A DNA stretch of 64,000 nucleotides from Rhodosorus marinus CCMP1338 (Eukaryota > Plantae > Rhodophyta), in contig JAMWBK010000007.1 in assembly GCA_029953675.1 (NCBI GenBank), forward strand, positions 1,984,001-2,048,000, in the 5' to 3' direction. The notes beneath the pieces were generated by a model, which worked only from the letters and a program-made list of their open reading frames with translations, ran no database searches and had not been told where the DNA came from. Below are positions 10,813-23,400 of this stretch, piece after piece. Position 1 is the first letter of the stretch, and each line of letters begins with the position of its first letter. The position numbers and the translations under genes are program-made.

Positions 10813-12824
10813 TCGTTTCTCTCGTTGACGCCAAAGATTAACGTTCTTCCATGTTTCCTAAGTTAATATACTTAATGTATGGCTTAATCGAGCTAAAATC
10901 CTGCCCGCGGAAAAGCATTAACCTTCTATCGTGCTTAATTCAAGAGTATATGCCCTCAATCTAGATATTTAGCCCAACAGCCCTCAAATTAGGGATCTTG
11001 CGGGGGCGATAGAAGGCGAGGTCACTACACGGCGAACCTCGCTAGTTGCTCTGCGTGAAGTGATTTTTTGCAGAAACTACGAACCCATGGAGCTGAATTT
11101 GTGACTGTGGGATTTGGCTAAGCCCGAGGTTGTTGAGATGAGGGCAACGGGCCGGGAGACATTTGGCTTCTAGAGCGGTCCTTCCCAATGCAAAAAAGGA
11201 CAGAGAAGTGTCGATTGTGGTTGATCCGTTGTGATTCTAAGACCGATTTGCGTGCTTTCCCTTTAATCAGGATGTAGCCAGACGGCGCGTCTTCTTCAGG
11301 AACTGACAGGAGTCCTCGGACGTAGGCAGCAACAAACCTGCCCTAGCCTGGGACGTTCGACAGTATGAACGCTCCTTGTGGTAGTGACGATTCCTACGAG
11401 CATCTCCTCGATGATTCTAGTTCGAAAGGCTCGTTGCCCAATTTTGCTTGTTACAAAAGCACTTCAAACTAAAGAGTGTACACGAGGATATCCTTACCAG
11501 GGTTGATGAATTCTATCTTGTCACCGGAAATGTTTTCGCAGGGAATTATTGGTGTACGATGATCGAGGTCATTAGCTACGAAGACTGTTATGCCGATTCT
11601 ACAATATCCGCGCTCAACTTGGCCGATGTTCAACATGGTTCATAATTCAAGCTTCTGAACACGTTTAGCATCTTTGAAGACGAGTCGCTGGTCCGTATTA
11701 GTAGAAAACTCCAATGAGATTTGCTTTTCCTCCTCCCACGCAAGATATATTTGTATTTACTAAACTTCAATCTCCCACGGATTTGACTAAGTAAACAATT
11801 GCAATATCCCTTTTTCATAAAATTTAAAACAAGTGGTGGTGGAAGCAATGCGACCGCGGTGTGCACACCGGCGTGGGAGGGAACAATCCCCGCACACCCT
11901 TCTCTACCTGTTCTCACGGATGTGATTCTTGTTCCAGTTCAAATTCGCCAGGCTGTGCATCACGAGGAACCTACTCCATAAAACGAAATTCTGCTGTTCC
12001 CAGAAAATCCCGTACGCGATGTCGTGTGGGACAAATTCATACAGCTGTTGTTCACCTCCTTCCCGAGCGTTTTCTCTCCCCATTTACTAAAGTGAAGTCA
12101 CTCAACCGCGTGCAATCCTTATTCTATCGATACAGCGCCAGCGTACCTGAGACCAATTTGTAAACTGTTCACTAGTAGCTCCCATCCAAACCGTAAAAAG
12201 AAACGTAACTCGAAAATCCTATCAACCTCCCCCTCCCCGACCGACAACCCCTCTCGAATTCATAAAAATAGCAACTCCTCGAAAAACTCGTCATTTCGTC
12301 ATAAATAAAAAGCTTCATTTTTTAATATCATATTTAGTCCTTTTTCACTAATTTCCCCTAAAACTAAAACGAAACCTCTAGAGTGAACCTGCCAAGCGTA
12401 ATAAGGTCATTGATTGGCTATTGCGTTTATGCTTACATCCAGCTATATTCGTTTCTGGTCGACCAGCGATGGCCGTGCTAGTTAGAGACTCAGTAAATTT
12501 CTTGTTTTTACAAATATATTTTGCTTGCCTAAGGTAATTTCTTTCTTTTTCTCTTTTGCAAATTTGGGGGGGGGGGGTTGGAAGGGCCCCAGCTGCCGGG
12601 ATTACAGGAATCTCGGTCTTCGTGCAACTAAAGAATTAATGGAGAAATTACCGAGGAATGGCAGTAGCTTAGCGTTGAAGCATATTTAAGGAAAGACGTG
12701 GGGGTGCTGGTGCAAAGTGACATTGGCGAGCAATGGATCGTTGTGGGAAGAGTAGGAGCAGAGAGAGAGCGCTGAGCGAATTTTTTTGTGGAGAGGTAGA
12801 GATATAGGTTTATATAGATGCAAA

Positions 12825-13523
12825 ATGGAAGAGCAAGGATTTGACGAGGCGAGATGGGAGTGGGAGCGGGAACAACTGGAGCAGGTTGACAGTCTTCATA
12901 GCTTGCCTACGATTGAGGATGGAATGATCATGGCAAAGGAAGGGATTTCGTCGGAGAATATGTGGGGGTCGGGGAAACCTTTGCCCCAGGTTAGTGGGAA
13001 GGTGAAGGAGGAGATGTCGCTGGTAGACTACGACAACATATTGAATCAGGCACTGCAAAGGACGATAGGGTCGATGGAGTTGAGGGACAGCATGAATTTT
13101 TTCGAGCCAAACCCTAGGATGGATCGATCGTCTGCTAATCCAGTAGAATTCTCAGGTGACGATCGTATGACGAGCATGCAGAAGAACCTTGGGACAAGGA
13201 TCAGTTTTCCAGGTGCTACAAAGCCAGTCGTTCATCCTACGGCAGATAGTTCATTATCATGCATGTCCAATGATAACGATGAATCAGCGCAGGCGATAAC
13301 TGTCAGATCACCCCCCGTGGCAGGCCTGACTAAGAAGGAGCACGTCTGTCATATTTGTGGATATAGATTTATGTGGCCAAATCGGCTACGACTTCACATG
13401 CGAAAGCACTCGACCGAGAAGCCACTGCTATGTAGGAACACGGGATGCACCTACAGGGCTAAGTGGAACTCCGGAATGGCGTATCACCTGAAGAACCATT
13501 GCAAAATGGCGAAACGGGACTGA
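12825..13523 (+). CDS. C2H2 zinc-finger protein with two C-terminal fingers, copy B (paralog of 8111-8779)
   Basis: CHICGYRFMWPNRLRLHMRKH-STEKP-LLCRNTGCTYRAKWNSGMAYHLKNHC. First ATG at 12825 (MEEQG). Confidence 0.85.
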   Translation: MEEQGFDEARWEWEREQLEQVDSLHSLPTIEDGMIMAKEGISSENMWGSGKPLPQVSGKVKEEMSLVDYDNILNQALQRTIGSMELRDSMNFFEPNPRMDRSSANPVEFSGDDRMTSMQKNLGTRISFPGATKPVVHPTADSSLSCMSNDNDESAQAITVRSPPVAGLTKKEHVCHICGYRFMWPNRLRLHMRKHSTEKPLLCRNTGCTYRAKWNSGMAYHLKNHCKMAKRD

Positions 13524-13615
13524 AGCCGGGATCTGGATAGCGCTGGTTATAGCTTATTTGCATACTCATTTATTTGTTTAAATAGTTTTCCTCTGTTTAG
13601 CCTACTTACTTTGCT

Positions 13616-13642
13616 TCTGACATCTGACATCTGACATCTGAC
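13616..13642. repeat. (TCTGACA)n heptamer microsatellite, about 3.9 copies
   Basis: Direct reading of the sequence. Confidence 0.9.
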
Positions 13643-13750
13643 TAACGCTCCAGATCATGGGAGAATAAACACACTAACAATGGATTTACTTAAAGCAAAG
13701 CTCCTCCTTTGTTTCATCTTCACACCCTGAAGCCCTGTTGCTGTTCCTCC

Positions 13751-14435
13751 TCAAGGCTCTGCGATACATTCATTTCGAGCTAACGTCAGTCCTACCGACT
13801 GCCATTGTTGCTCAATTCCGCGCAAAAGTGGGCGTCCAGTGGGCGTTGGGGAAGCCGTGCAATCCAAGTTCGCGACCTTGTTGTTAGCGTTCAACAAACG
13901 CTTAGCAGCGTACTTGGGCTCTGAAGCGTTCGGTGCTCCGGAAGCGTTCGAATAGCGATGTTGGACCACGTGCTAGCGGTTTTTGCGCTTCCGCATGTTC
14001 GAAATCCGGTCCCCCTGATCGCTGTGCCTATGCTAAGAAGATGCTAATGGACAACTATAAGATCGTTGAGCGCTTTAGATCTTGCGACGAGTTCCAACTC
14101 ACCCGCTATCGTCACTGGGTTTCGCCAAGCCTTCTTCCTCTCAGAGACTTGACTTCATTCAACCTAGAGAAGGAGCTAGTAAACAAACGACGCAAGGAAC
14201 AACCTACTCTCGGGTAGAAAACTGAGGTCCCGGAGCTGTTTATTGAGTGGCAAGCATGAATTGAACGCCAAACCGGGAAAATACCTTCAGGGAGATACCT
14301 AGTGTATTCATCCTTGAAGGTTGGGAAATATCTAGGGCATCTGTACTGCTCTCCACCGGGCATGTGACCACAAACATCCGAATGAACAATGTCGGGTGCA
14401 TGATTCAGCTTCACTATCGCTGTCAAACTCGTCAT
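13751..14435 (-). mobile_element. Degenerate Ty1/copia LTR-retrotransposon integrase relic
   Basis: PDIVHSDVCGHMPGGEQYRCPRYFPTFKDEYTRY matches the copia core (VHSDVCGP...GG.RYF.TF.D.Y.RY). Downstream RGIEQQWQSVGLTLARNECIAE resembles GI.HQ.TV..TP.QNG.AE. The frames are broken. Confidence 0.75.
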
Positions 14436-14789
14436 TCTCTGTTTTTTTGAAACATATGTCGCACCTCGTCACCCGTGTTGAAGGCATTATGACCTTCGTA
14501 GCAGTATTTCCTAAACCACTTCAGGTGCCACTATAGGTGTCGACACATCGCCGTACCTTAAGGCTTTTTGAAGCCCGTGGGTGTCTGCCATTGTCTACCC
14601 TGTAGAATCTAGATGCTTGTAACCTTCGCCTTGCGTTACATCTCGATCCGTAATTTAAGGTAAGCAGAGGTAGCTAGTTGGCCAAACGTCATACATGAAA
14701 TTCTGCTTTAGATAGACGTCCCGCTCGGCCATCTAACCATTCCAGTTCGGGAACATCATGCGCAGGCAGGACGGCTTTGGGCCGCTCGC

Positions 14790-14890
14790 TAGGATCAGAT
14801 TAAAACTAACATCGTCGTTTTCAGAGACAAAAGCCGTTGAGAGGATGAAGTCAATGCCGTACAGAGAGAACGTGTATCGAAAACTAAGGA
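14790..14890 (+). mobile_element. Possible copia RT C-terminal fragment, opposite in orientation to the adjacent integrase relic
   Basis: KLTSSFSETKAVERMKSMPYRE resembles copia KLSK..SP....E.M..VPYRE; the match is short. Confidence 0.4.
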
Positions 14891-15107
14891 TACTGCTAGT
14901 AACAGTCTTAGAAGGTCCTCTCCTGCAAACGTCGGTGGCGCAGTACTACAAATGTACTACGCTGAGGTCAACCCCATTAAGACGCTTTTGGTGAAGAGAT
15001 ACGATTCGCTGATCCTGTGGAGGAAGATTGGAGGGTGTGAGATTCAGGGTCCGAACGGGACAGAGCTTTTGGACAAGCCTAGAGTTGTCGAACCCGGAGA
15101 AAAAAGG

Positions 15108-16019
15108 ATGATAGGCTTTCACATTTCAGTACTGTCGAGCAATCACGCTCGATCACGTCTAGTTTTGACCTGCCAGTTGAGCTCCAGGGAGTGGCCTCTG
15201 GTAGGGCTGACGAGGGAGCGCGGGAAGAATGACAAGCTGGCGAAGCTTCTTGGAGATCGCGGGATACCCTACAAGGAGCTGCCATGTATAGAGTTTGTAG
15301 ATGGAGATGATAGACCTCAACTGGCTGGTTTGCTCCAGGGGGAGTGGGACTGGGTGGTAGTGACGAGCCCTGAGGCCGCGATGGTGCTGAGCGAGGAGTT
15401 GCTTAAAGCAGATTCACGTGGCCAATGGAAGGTTGCTTCTGTGGGTAAAGCAACAGCAGATGTACTTAGAGATAAAGGTATCAGCGTATCTTTCACTCCT
15501 TCTCGAGCTACTGCCGAGGACTTATGTAAAGAGCTGCCGGATCCTGCTGGGAAAGTGTTGTTCCCAGCATCCAAGCTCGCGTCTGAAACGGTTTTTGATC
15601 GTCTGTCGGAAAGAGGTTTCAGCGTTTCCAGAATTAACACGTATAGTACGGAGCCAGCTCAGTGGGGTGAGTTGGTCCTTCGTCGAGGCACGCGGTATTC
15701 TAGCTGAAAGTCTGACTCTGTTTTTGTTGGTGGGTATTGCTTTCTAGATGAAGAACAGAAAAAATCAAGTGAGGCTGTTGATATCGTTGCGGTAGGATCC
15801 CCTTCTGCACTAAAAGGATGGATTGCACAGACAGGGAGGGTACCCCACACCACCGCGTGCATTGGAGGAACGAGCGCAAAGGCTAGCAAAAAGCAAGGAG
15901 TCGAAGGTGTGTTCTTCCCAGAAAACCCCGGGGTCGAAGGCTGGGTGAAGTCTGTCGAGGAAGCATGTGAGCACCTCAGAGCGCGTCAAAGAGCTCCCTC
16001 AAGCAAGAAGGCTGACTAG
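15108..16019 (+). CDS. HEMD: Uroporphyrinogen III synthase (HemD/UROS), plastid-targeted; 2 exons (intron 15667-15747)
   Basis: LTRERGKNDKL, ELPCIEF, WVVVTSPEAA, VASVGKAT, FTPSRAT, VLFPAS, RINTYST; exon 2 VAVGSPSA...ACIGGTSA...PENPGVEGW. N-terminus MIGF is Ser/Arg-rich. Confidence 0.9.
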
Positions 16020-16935
16020 GAGAAAGTTTCTACGCAAACGCTTTATTAAACAACAACTTTTTTGAATCCCTTATGGGATTCCGTGAAGCCCCTCGTAGTT
16101 TCCACGTAAAGCTCATCGCGTCTCAAGAATTCGATCGTCTATGGAGCTAGGTCAAAGGGATTGGGACACGCTCAACGGTGGAATAAAACCGCCGGCGGGG
16201 CCTGTATGGTTGTTCAAAAGTAACGCGTTCAGCACAACTTTACGCCTATTCTTGCTTGCATACGTGAATCTCAGCGGATCGCCATCATCCAAACACGAAA
16301 ATCTTTGGTGGAGCAGCTTCATTACAGATTTAGACGGCTGTTGTCTGTTTCCAATATCTATCATTGTTGAGCAGCTATCGTCAACCAAGGCTTGCGATCA
16401 ATTGTGCGGATCGCTTCATACTAGAACAATCGTACACCAGAACAAGCAGGGCTACCAAGCTCTCGCCCAACTTTCGCACAGTAGCTGCGTCACATTATCA
16501 CCTTGGTGAAGCCTGGCAGTCAGCTTTTGCCGCACAAGATGTCAACTTTGTGTTGTTCCGGTGATCCTATCTCATGTCATTCGATCTCCGCTCTGATATG
16601 GAGAAACTATTGAGCTCCACCAAGACGCAAAAGACAGGCTGGCTTCAAAGGATCGGACATTACAGCATTCAAGCTTTGGCTCTAAAGAAACCTAACTTCA
16701 TCCCAACCCCTCCAGCAGCCTCACCCCTGCAAAAAAAATTCCACCATCCTCAATCATTTATTCTATAACAAAACAAAAATGAATTAAAATAATACCGAAT
16801 ATATGATCAGAACACCGTGTATACGAAATCATCCTTCAGTTGCGGTTGCACCAAGCCATCGATGCAAGCGGGACGAATTTTTAAGTGTCATATTGTCGTT
16901 AGTCCACAAGAAATCAAAATATACTTATTATTATT

Positions 16936-17978
16936 GGGGTAGTCATAAATCGTCCGATAAATATATTGTCATATACAATATTAATTAAATATATAAAATT
17001 AGTGTGTGTCTAGTTTAAGTTCTTCCAAAATACATGTTTTATCTCTCGTCCGATAAATAGTCGGATATTCAATCAGCAAGAGCGTATCAATCAATCATCT
17101 CCTGTTCTGGTCATTAAATCGTGGTATGACAGGCTGTCACTCCCGTGTATTGAATCATGCTAATTTCTGAATTCTACTGGCTGTCACTCACACAATCTAA
17201 TGGGTTTTTGGACGTATTGAATGAATTGGTTTAATCGGATTGAGGTCTTTGTATTCGTCGAGAGTTCAGAGGCGCAAACCCGGCTTCGAGAACTGTTTGC
17301 ACACTCGTGCTGAGACCCACGTCACGTTTCATCTCGCCGCTGAGCTTTTATGCTGTTGGTGTTCTACGGCGGATTTGATGTCTTGGTTGTTGCCTAGCCT
17401 TCTCCCTCTCCGGGTTGAGCTCTCTGAATACACGACGGCGATTCAGAAATGTCGGAAGTCCGGACATGGTGCACACACAACAGTGTTGGAATTCTGGCTC
17501 TGCGGTTGAATAGTGATCATTTCCGAGTGTGTGAGACTGTCACACTCGATTTAATGGTTTTTCTATGTGCATGATGGACAGGGCTGCTGCCGCCTTCATG
17601 AATTCCGGCTCTGGGGTTGAATAGTGATCATTTCCGAGTGTGTGAGACTGTCACACTCGATTTAATGGTTTTTCTATGTGCATGATGGATAGGGCTGCTG
17701 CCGCCTTCATTGACCTTGTCGCCTCCACGAGTTGTCTAACTAGGACTTCGTCGGAATCGAGGGCCTTCCGATAATCCGCAGAAGAAGATTGAATATCAAT
17801 CAATATTCGTCGTTGATTGAAGAATATCGGACGCCATCGGTCGTTATCGGACAGAATTTTTAGTTAGTGTCTGATAAACGCAATTTGCTACAAAAGCACT
17901 CTAAATATTACGTAAACGCATGTCTGATAGGCTTGTATCAGACGGTCCGATATTTATCGGACGGAAAATGACAGCCCC
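16936..17978. mobile_element. Non-autonomous DNA transposon (MITE-like, 1043 bp) with 28-bp imperfect TIRs and 3-bp ATT TSD
   Basis: Left end GGGGTAGTCATAAATCGTCCGATAAATA versus reverse complement of right end GGGGCTGTCATTTTCCGTCCGATAAATA (22/28). ATT flanks both ends (16933-35, 17979-81). Many TCCGATA/TATCGGA subterminal motifs; no transposase ORF. Confidence 0.7.
17489..17710. repeat. 111-bp two-copy tandem duplication inside the TIR element
   Basis: Near-identical units start at 17489 and 17600. Each contains the CGAGTGTG...CACACTCG hairpin. Confidence 0.92.
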
Positions 17979-18282
17979 ATTGCTATACTAAAACTAATGC
18001 ATTCGATATGTTATTTAGATTGAATTCAGTGACGCTTATGTATTGATTTTCGACGAGGATAGTTGTCGGTTAGCTCGTTCGGGAGGCGCTCATGGATGGA
18101 AGGAGTGGGGTTGGGTCTGGGGAGGGAGTCAGTGTCTTGAGGTTTTAGTTGTTACTGGAGTAGATGGGGTATATGATTTAGGATTTTCTGGGTTGTTTAG
18201 GAATGATAGAATCTGCATTCTGAGATGTTAGTGTCGATCCGAGTTGTGGAATTGGGGCTTGGTTTGAGGAGGTGTTTTCTCA

Positions 18283-19385
18283 ATGGAGGATGATGACGCG
18301 GGAGCGAAGAGGCACGTGGTTCGGGATCTTCTGGCGGGAAGTATTGCGGCTGGAACCGCCAGAATGTTTGTTGCACCTCTGGATGTGGTGAAGATTAGAT
18401 TCCAGGTCATGGATGAGCTCAGCAACGGAACTAGCCGTAGCCGACTTGGATCGCAGAAAGCGTACCGATCCGTGGGACACGCATTCAACGAAATCGTTAA
18501 GAAAGAAGGGTTTCGAGCCCTCTGGAAGGGAAACTTCCCTGCATTATTTATGATCGTCCCCTATGGTGGAATACAGTTTGCCAGTTACCACTATATCTCG
18601 AGAGCAATTGGGAACCGGGTTATGGAGCCCTACACATCGCTCTTAGGAGGCGCGTTATCGGGCATGAATGCAACTCTGTTCACGTACCCGTTAGATCTTC
18701 TTCGAACCCGCCTCGCAGTTCAACGGGAGCCTAGAATGTATAAAACCTTCATGGACGCCGTGAGAATAATATTTGCGAACGAAGGTAAAGCATTTAAACG
18801 ACTACTCTGTATAATTCCGGCTGGTTTGTTGCTTACCATCAATTCTATTTCAATTCTCCAGGCTTTCGGGGTTTCTACGCCGGTGTCCAGCCCACACTCA
18901 TTGAGATCGTACCGTATATAGCGCTACATTTTACCTTCTACGAGGGGCTGAAGAAGGTCGTCAGAAACTTCCGCGAGGATCCAAACTACAAGCTTAATCC
19001 GATAGAATCGCTCATCGCCGGTGGGCTATCTGGACTTGGCTCGAAGATTCTCACGCTTCCGCTTGATACGGTGAAGAAGAGAATGCAAGTCCAGGGTCAA
19101 TTCTACTCAGAGACAAAGTATACCGGCTTTCTCGACGTCTTCCAAAAGGTAGCGTGTCAACAAGCTCCACAACGGTCGCTGTGCCGCATCCGAAAAAAGC
19201 CTTGTCTCGATGAGGATGCTAAGACAAAGCCATTTACCGATTGACCACAGGTGTACAGAGCCGATGGTCTAAAAGGCCTATTTCGAGGATGGCAACCGAG
19301 CATCATTAAGGCTGTTCCAAACTCGGCAATAACTTTCGCTATATTTGAATCCGCCAAACAGTGGCTGGACAAGTACATATCCTGA
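18283..19385 (+). CDS. TPC1: Mitochondrial carrier (SLC25), most like the thiamine pyrophosphate carrier; 3 exons (introns 18785-18861, 19149-19250)
   Basis: Three PxD/ExxK/R signatures (APLDVVKIRFQV, YPLDLLRTRL, LPLDTVKKRMQV). LWKGNFPALFMIVPYGGIQF is TPC-like; substrate assignment is inferred. Confidence 0.82.
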
Positions 19386-20494
19386 CTTGATATCAAAAAC
19401 CGGAAGAGTGTAAAGAAGCCCTCAACATCCCCGCCACAGTGGCAGCAAAGCTCAGTGCCCCAACTTGAGGTTGGGAGGTAGCTTCTGGTAGGGGCAGCTT
19501 CAGGATGTCAGAAAACCTCAGCTTATGAGGATTATACCTGGTGGAACGTGGGGGCTTGAAAGTCCTTTGGCCCATCCCATCGTTCTTCCCGCAGAGAAGT
19601 TCCGTCAGTCAACAGGCAACAAAAACTGCCCCAAAACAAAAATCCCCGCAACTCACCCTGAAGCTCCAAAACGAAACAGAAAATGAAGGAAACGAAAAAG
19701 GAGCTGATCAAATTCCCTCCAAATATTCAATCCAAAAAATCGATATAAATTGACTGATATAACGACTGATCAAACCTTTATCTCGTCAAGGGGACGAACT
19801 CTGGGCCCAGATCAATCATTAACAGTCCAAAATTGATTGATAAACAATCTTTTCTGGTTTGTTTGTTGACTGAGTGCTATTTTTTTGATTTATAAATAGA
19901 TTGAGAAATGTTTTTTCATGTTATAGATGGATTAAAGTTGATTGAACCTTGGAATCGGCCGGGAGCATCGGTATATGTTTATTGGAAATTTTGTGATGGG
20001 GTGAAAACCTTGTCTTTGCGTGTTGGGGTTTCATTTTTCTGGTACGGATGTATTTGAATTATGAAAAAATAGATTGGATATTTGGCAATGGAAACCATTC
20101 TGACAAATTGGGCAAGGGGGTAGGTGGGGGCGAGTAGGGATCAGATGCACTAATAATTGGCAATGCTGGGATTGAAGTTGGGCTTTTTGTGGGTTTGGAT
20201 AAGTGTGTGAAGAGACAGAGACAGAAGGAGAGAGAGAGAGAGAGTGGAGGATGAGAATGAGGATGAGGAAGGTGATGGTGAGAGTATTCAGATCTCTGTG
20301 AAGATTTGTAGTTTTGTTTTTTCCTGATTGCGTCCGGGTTTTTTGGGATCATTGTTGGGAGTTGGTTGACTGGTAATGTTGGAAGGATCGTCATCTGTTT
20401 CTTTTCTTGTGGCTGAACTGGTTTTGGCTGGGTGCTGACTATGTATGATGTTTTTCTTGTGGAAAGGAATTGAAGTTGGTTGAGACGGCCGATC

Positions 20495-23400
20495 ATGGCT
20501 CGATGCGGCTCCCGATGGAGGCGTATGCCCCTCATCCTGGTACGGGAGTGTGGAAGCAGCTTGATTGCGCTGATGTTCGCACTTGATGCGTACTAACCTT
20601 GTCCGATCCTTTTGCAGGTCTTGGGGATAGCGTTTTTAGGACTCGCTTATGGAGTTGCTGCAGACCCGGAAGAGGTCCAGGTGGATCCTCCTATTGGAGA
20701 TGAAGAGGAAGTAAGTTGGTGGCCCACTGCTCGACATGACGTGATAGTTTCGTTCTCTAATGAGACCCCTCCTCTACGCACTTAGGGCACTGAGAAACAC
20801 GAATTCCAAGCAGAGACTGGTCGTCTCATGGACATCATCGTGCACTCTCTCTATTCAAACCGTGAGATCTTCATCCGTGAGCTGATTTCGAACGCTGCCG
20901 ATGCAAGCGACAAGCTTCGAATGGTAAAGCTTTCCGACGAAGGATCGCTAGAGGACGATCTCGACATTCGCATCGCCTGGAACGATGAGGAGAAGACTAT
21001 CTCCGTCACCGACAGAGGAATTGGAATGACCAAAGACGACCTCGTCACCAACCTTGGTACAATCGCCAGAAGTGGAACGTCTTCCTTCCTCGAGAAGTTC
21101 AAGGACGCCAAGGACGAGAGCTCCCTCATCGGACAGTTCGGTGTGGGATTCTACTCCTCCTTCCTTGTAGGAAACAGAGTCACAGTCACCAGCAAACACG
21201 AAGACGATTCCCAATACGCTTGGTCCAGCGCTGCGGATGGCGTTTTCACTATTGAAGAGACCGAGAAAGCTGATGAAGCTGAACGAGGAACAACCGTCAC
21301 TTTACATCTCAGAGACGATGCCTTGGAGTTTCTGGATTTCAATCGGCTTAAGGAGCTTATAAGGAAGTACTCTGCCTACATTGACTTTCCGATCTATCTG
21401 GAAGAACACAAGAGCGAAGAAGTTGAAGTTGATGTGGAGAACGAGCCTACTACCGAAGACAAGGAGGCTTCTGAAGATGAAGAGGAGGAGGTTCCGGAAG
21501 ATGAAGAGGAGGATGCTCCATCGGCAGATTCTGACGAAGAACAAGCAACCGACAAGGACGAATCTGAAGATGATGACGAGATCAACGTTGAGGAGGATGA
21601 CTATGTTGATGAGGAGGAGCATGATCCGACGAAGAAGTGGGAGACGAGAAAATACAGCGAGTGGCAACATGTCAACGATCAGAAGGCTCTTTGGAGAAGG
21701 GACCCCAGCGAGATTAACAAGGACGAGTATGATGAGTTTTATGACTCTATCAAGAAATCTACAGAGGTAAGACTATTCCTTGTTCTGTGAAAGACGATTT
21801 TCTGCCGCCGGCGGCGTTGGTTTCCAGATCAACTAAATGCTTCTGGTTTTGGGGGTTTCTATTGCGTTCAGTCGAAAGCAATCTCGTATGCTCACTTTAA
21901 AGCTGAAGGAGAAGTTGATTTCAAGGCTCTGCTGTTCATCCCTGACCGGCCTAGCTACGACTCCTATGATGTCAACGAAGCTGCTGTGAAAGAGAATATT
22001 CGACTTTACGTCCGAAAGGTTCTTCTCAAGGGCTATTTTCACGAAGGACTGCTGCCGAGATACCTTGGATTTGTCGCTGGAGTAGTCGACAGCGATGATC
22101 TCCCAATCAACATCTCGCGTGAGACTCTCCAGGAGAACAAGGCTCTTGAGCTCATCAGGAAGAAACTTGTAAGGAAAGTGCTTGAGCTCTTCAAGAATCT
22201 TCTAAAGGAATCAGACGCGGAGATCGCTGAAAAGAAGGAGAGCGAGGACACTGAGGCTAAAGAGGAGGCTGAGGAAGTGGAGACAGAAGCGGAGGAAACC
22301 GCTGCAGAAAGTGAGGAGAAGGTAAGCAACAAACCGAAAAGCCCCACCTGGACTTGAAGGAGCGCTTAACGAGTTGTGTGTACCCATTTCGAAGGAAACG
22401 GTTTCCGATGATGAGTCTGAGACCGAAAGCAAGGACGACAAGAAGGACGAGACGCAGTACATAAAGTTCTGGAAGCAGTACGGTGTCTCCGTGAAGCTTG
22501 GATGTGTAGAAGATCGCGTGAATCAGAAGCGCCTAATCAACTTGATGAGGTTCAAGACGTCTGAGACTGACGTGAAGGATGAGAACGACTGGGCATCACT
22601 TGATGACTACGTATCAAGAATGAAGGAAGGACAGGAATACATCTACTTCCTCACGGGAACTTCCCTCGAATCTGTGATGTCCTCTCCTTTTCTTGAGAGG
22701 TTGAAGGACAAGGGATACGAAGTTCTGTACCTATACGACTCTATTGATGAGTATTGGACACAGCAGTACACCGATCACGAGGGAATCAAACTCATGTCGT
22801 TGAGCAAGGACAGCTTTGCCTTCAACGCACAGGACGAGAAAATCGCGAAGAAGCAGATGGAGGAAGCGCGAATTGGGATCAAGCCCCTCAGCGAGAGGAT
22901 CAAGTCCGTCCTTGGGAACAAGGTTGAAAGAGTGAAGCTGTCCAACCGATTGAGGTCAGTCCCTATGATGATCTCTGCCGAACGAACGGGCTTCACGGCG
23001 AACATGGAACTCATCGCCCGTGCACAGTCCTTCACTGATCCCAATAACATGGCCGAGATTAAGAACAGCGGTCCAAAGAAGGTTTGCTCTCTCATCATCC
23101 CGGACGAAAGTGTTTGGTTTACCTCGAATGCTGATGAATGGCTTTATCTCATCCGGTCTCGTATAGGTTGTGGAGTTGAATCCTTATCATCCTCTCGTAA
23201 AACGCTTGTCTGAGTTGAGTACAGAGCAAAGCGCAGAATCGCGCTTGCAGGTGGAGGCGATGATTCGTACCATGTATGATACTGCTCTTGTTTCGTCTGG
23301 ATTCCATGTGTACGACCAGGCGGACTATGCTGAGAGAATGGCGAGGTTGATCTCCAAGTCTCTAGACATCGATTATGAGGGTCTTCGTGAGGAGCTTGCC

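Noticed and set aside
11195-11215. ACAGAGAAG box as U6 snRNA
   Set aside because: The flanks do not match U6 (no ATTAGCATGG downstream and no 5' stem).
16141-16560. Possible further copia integrase fragment (NRTPEQAG; KLLHQRF on the other strand)
   Set aside because: The matches are too short and fall on inconsistent strands.
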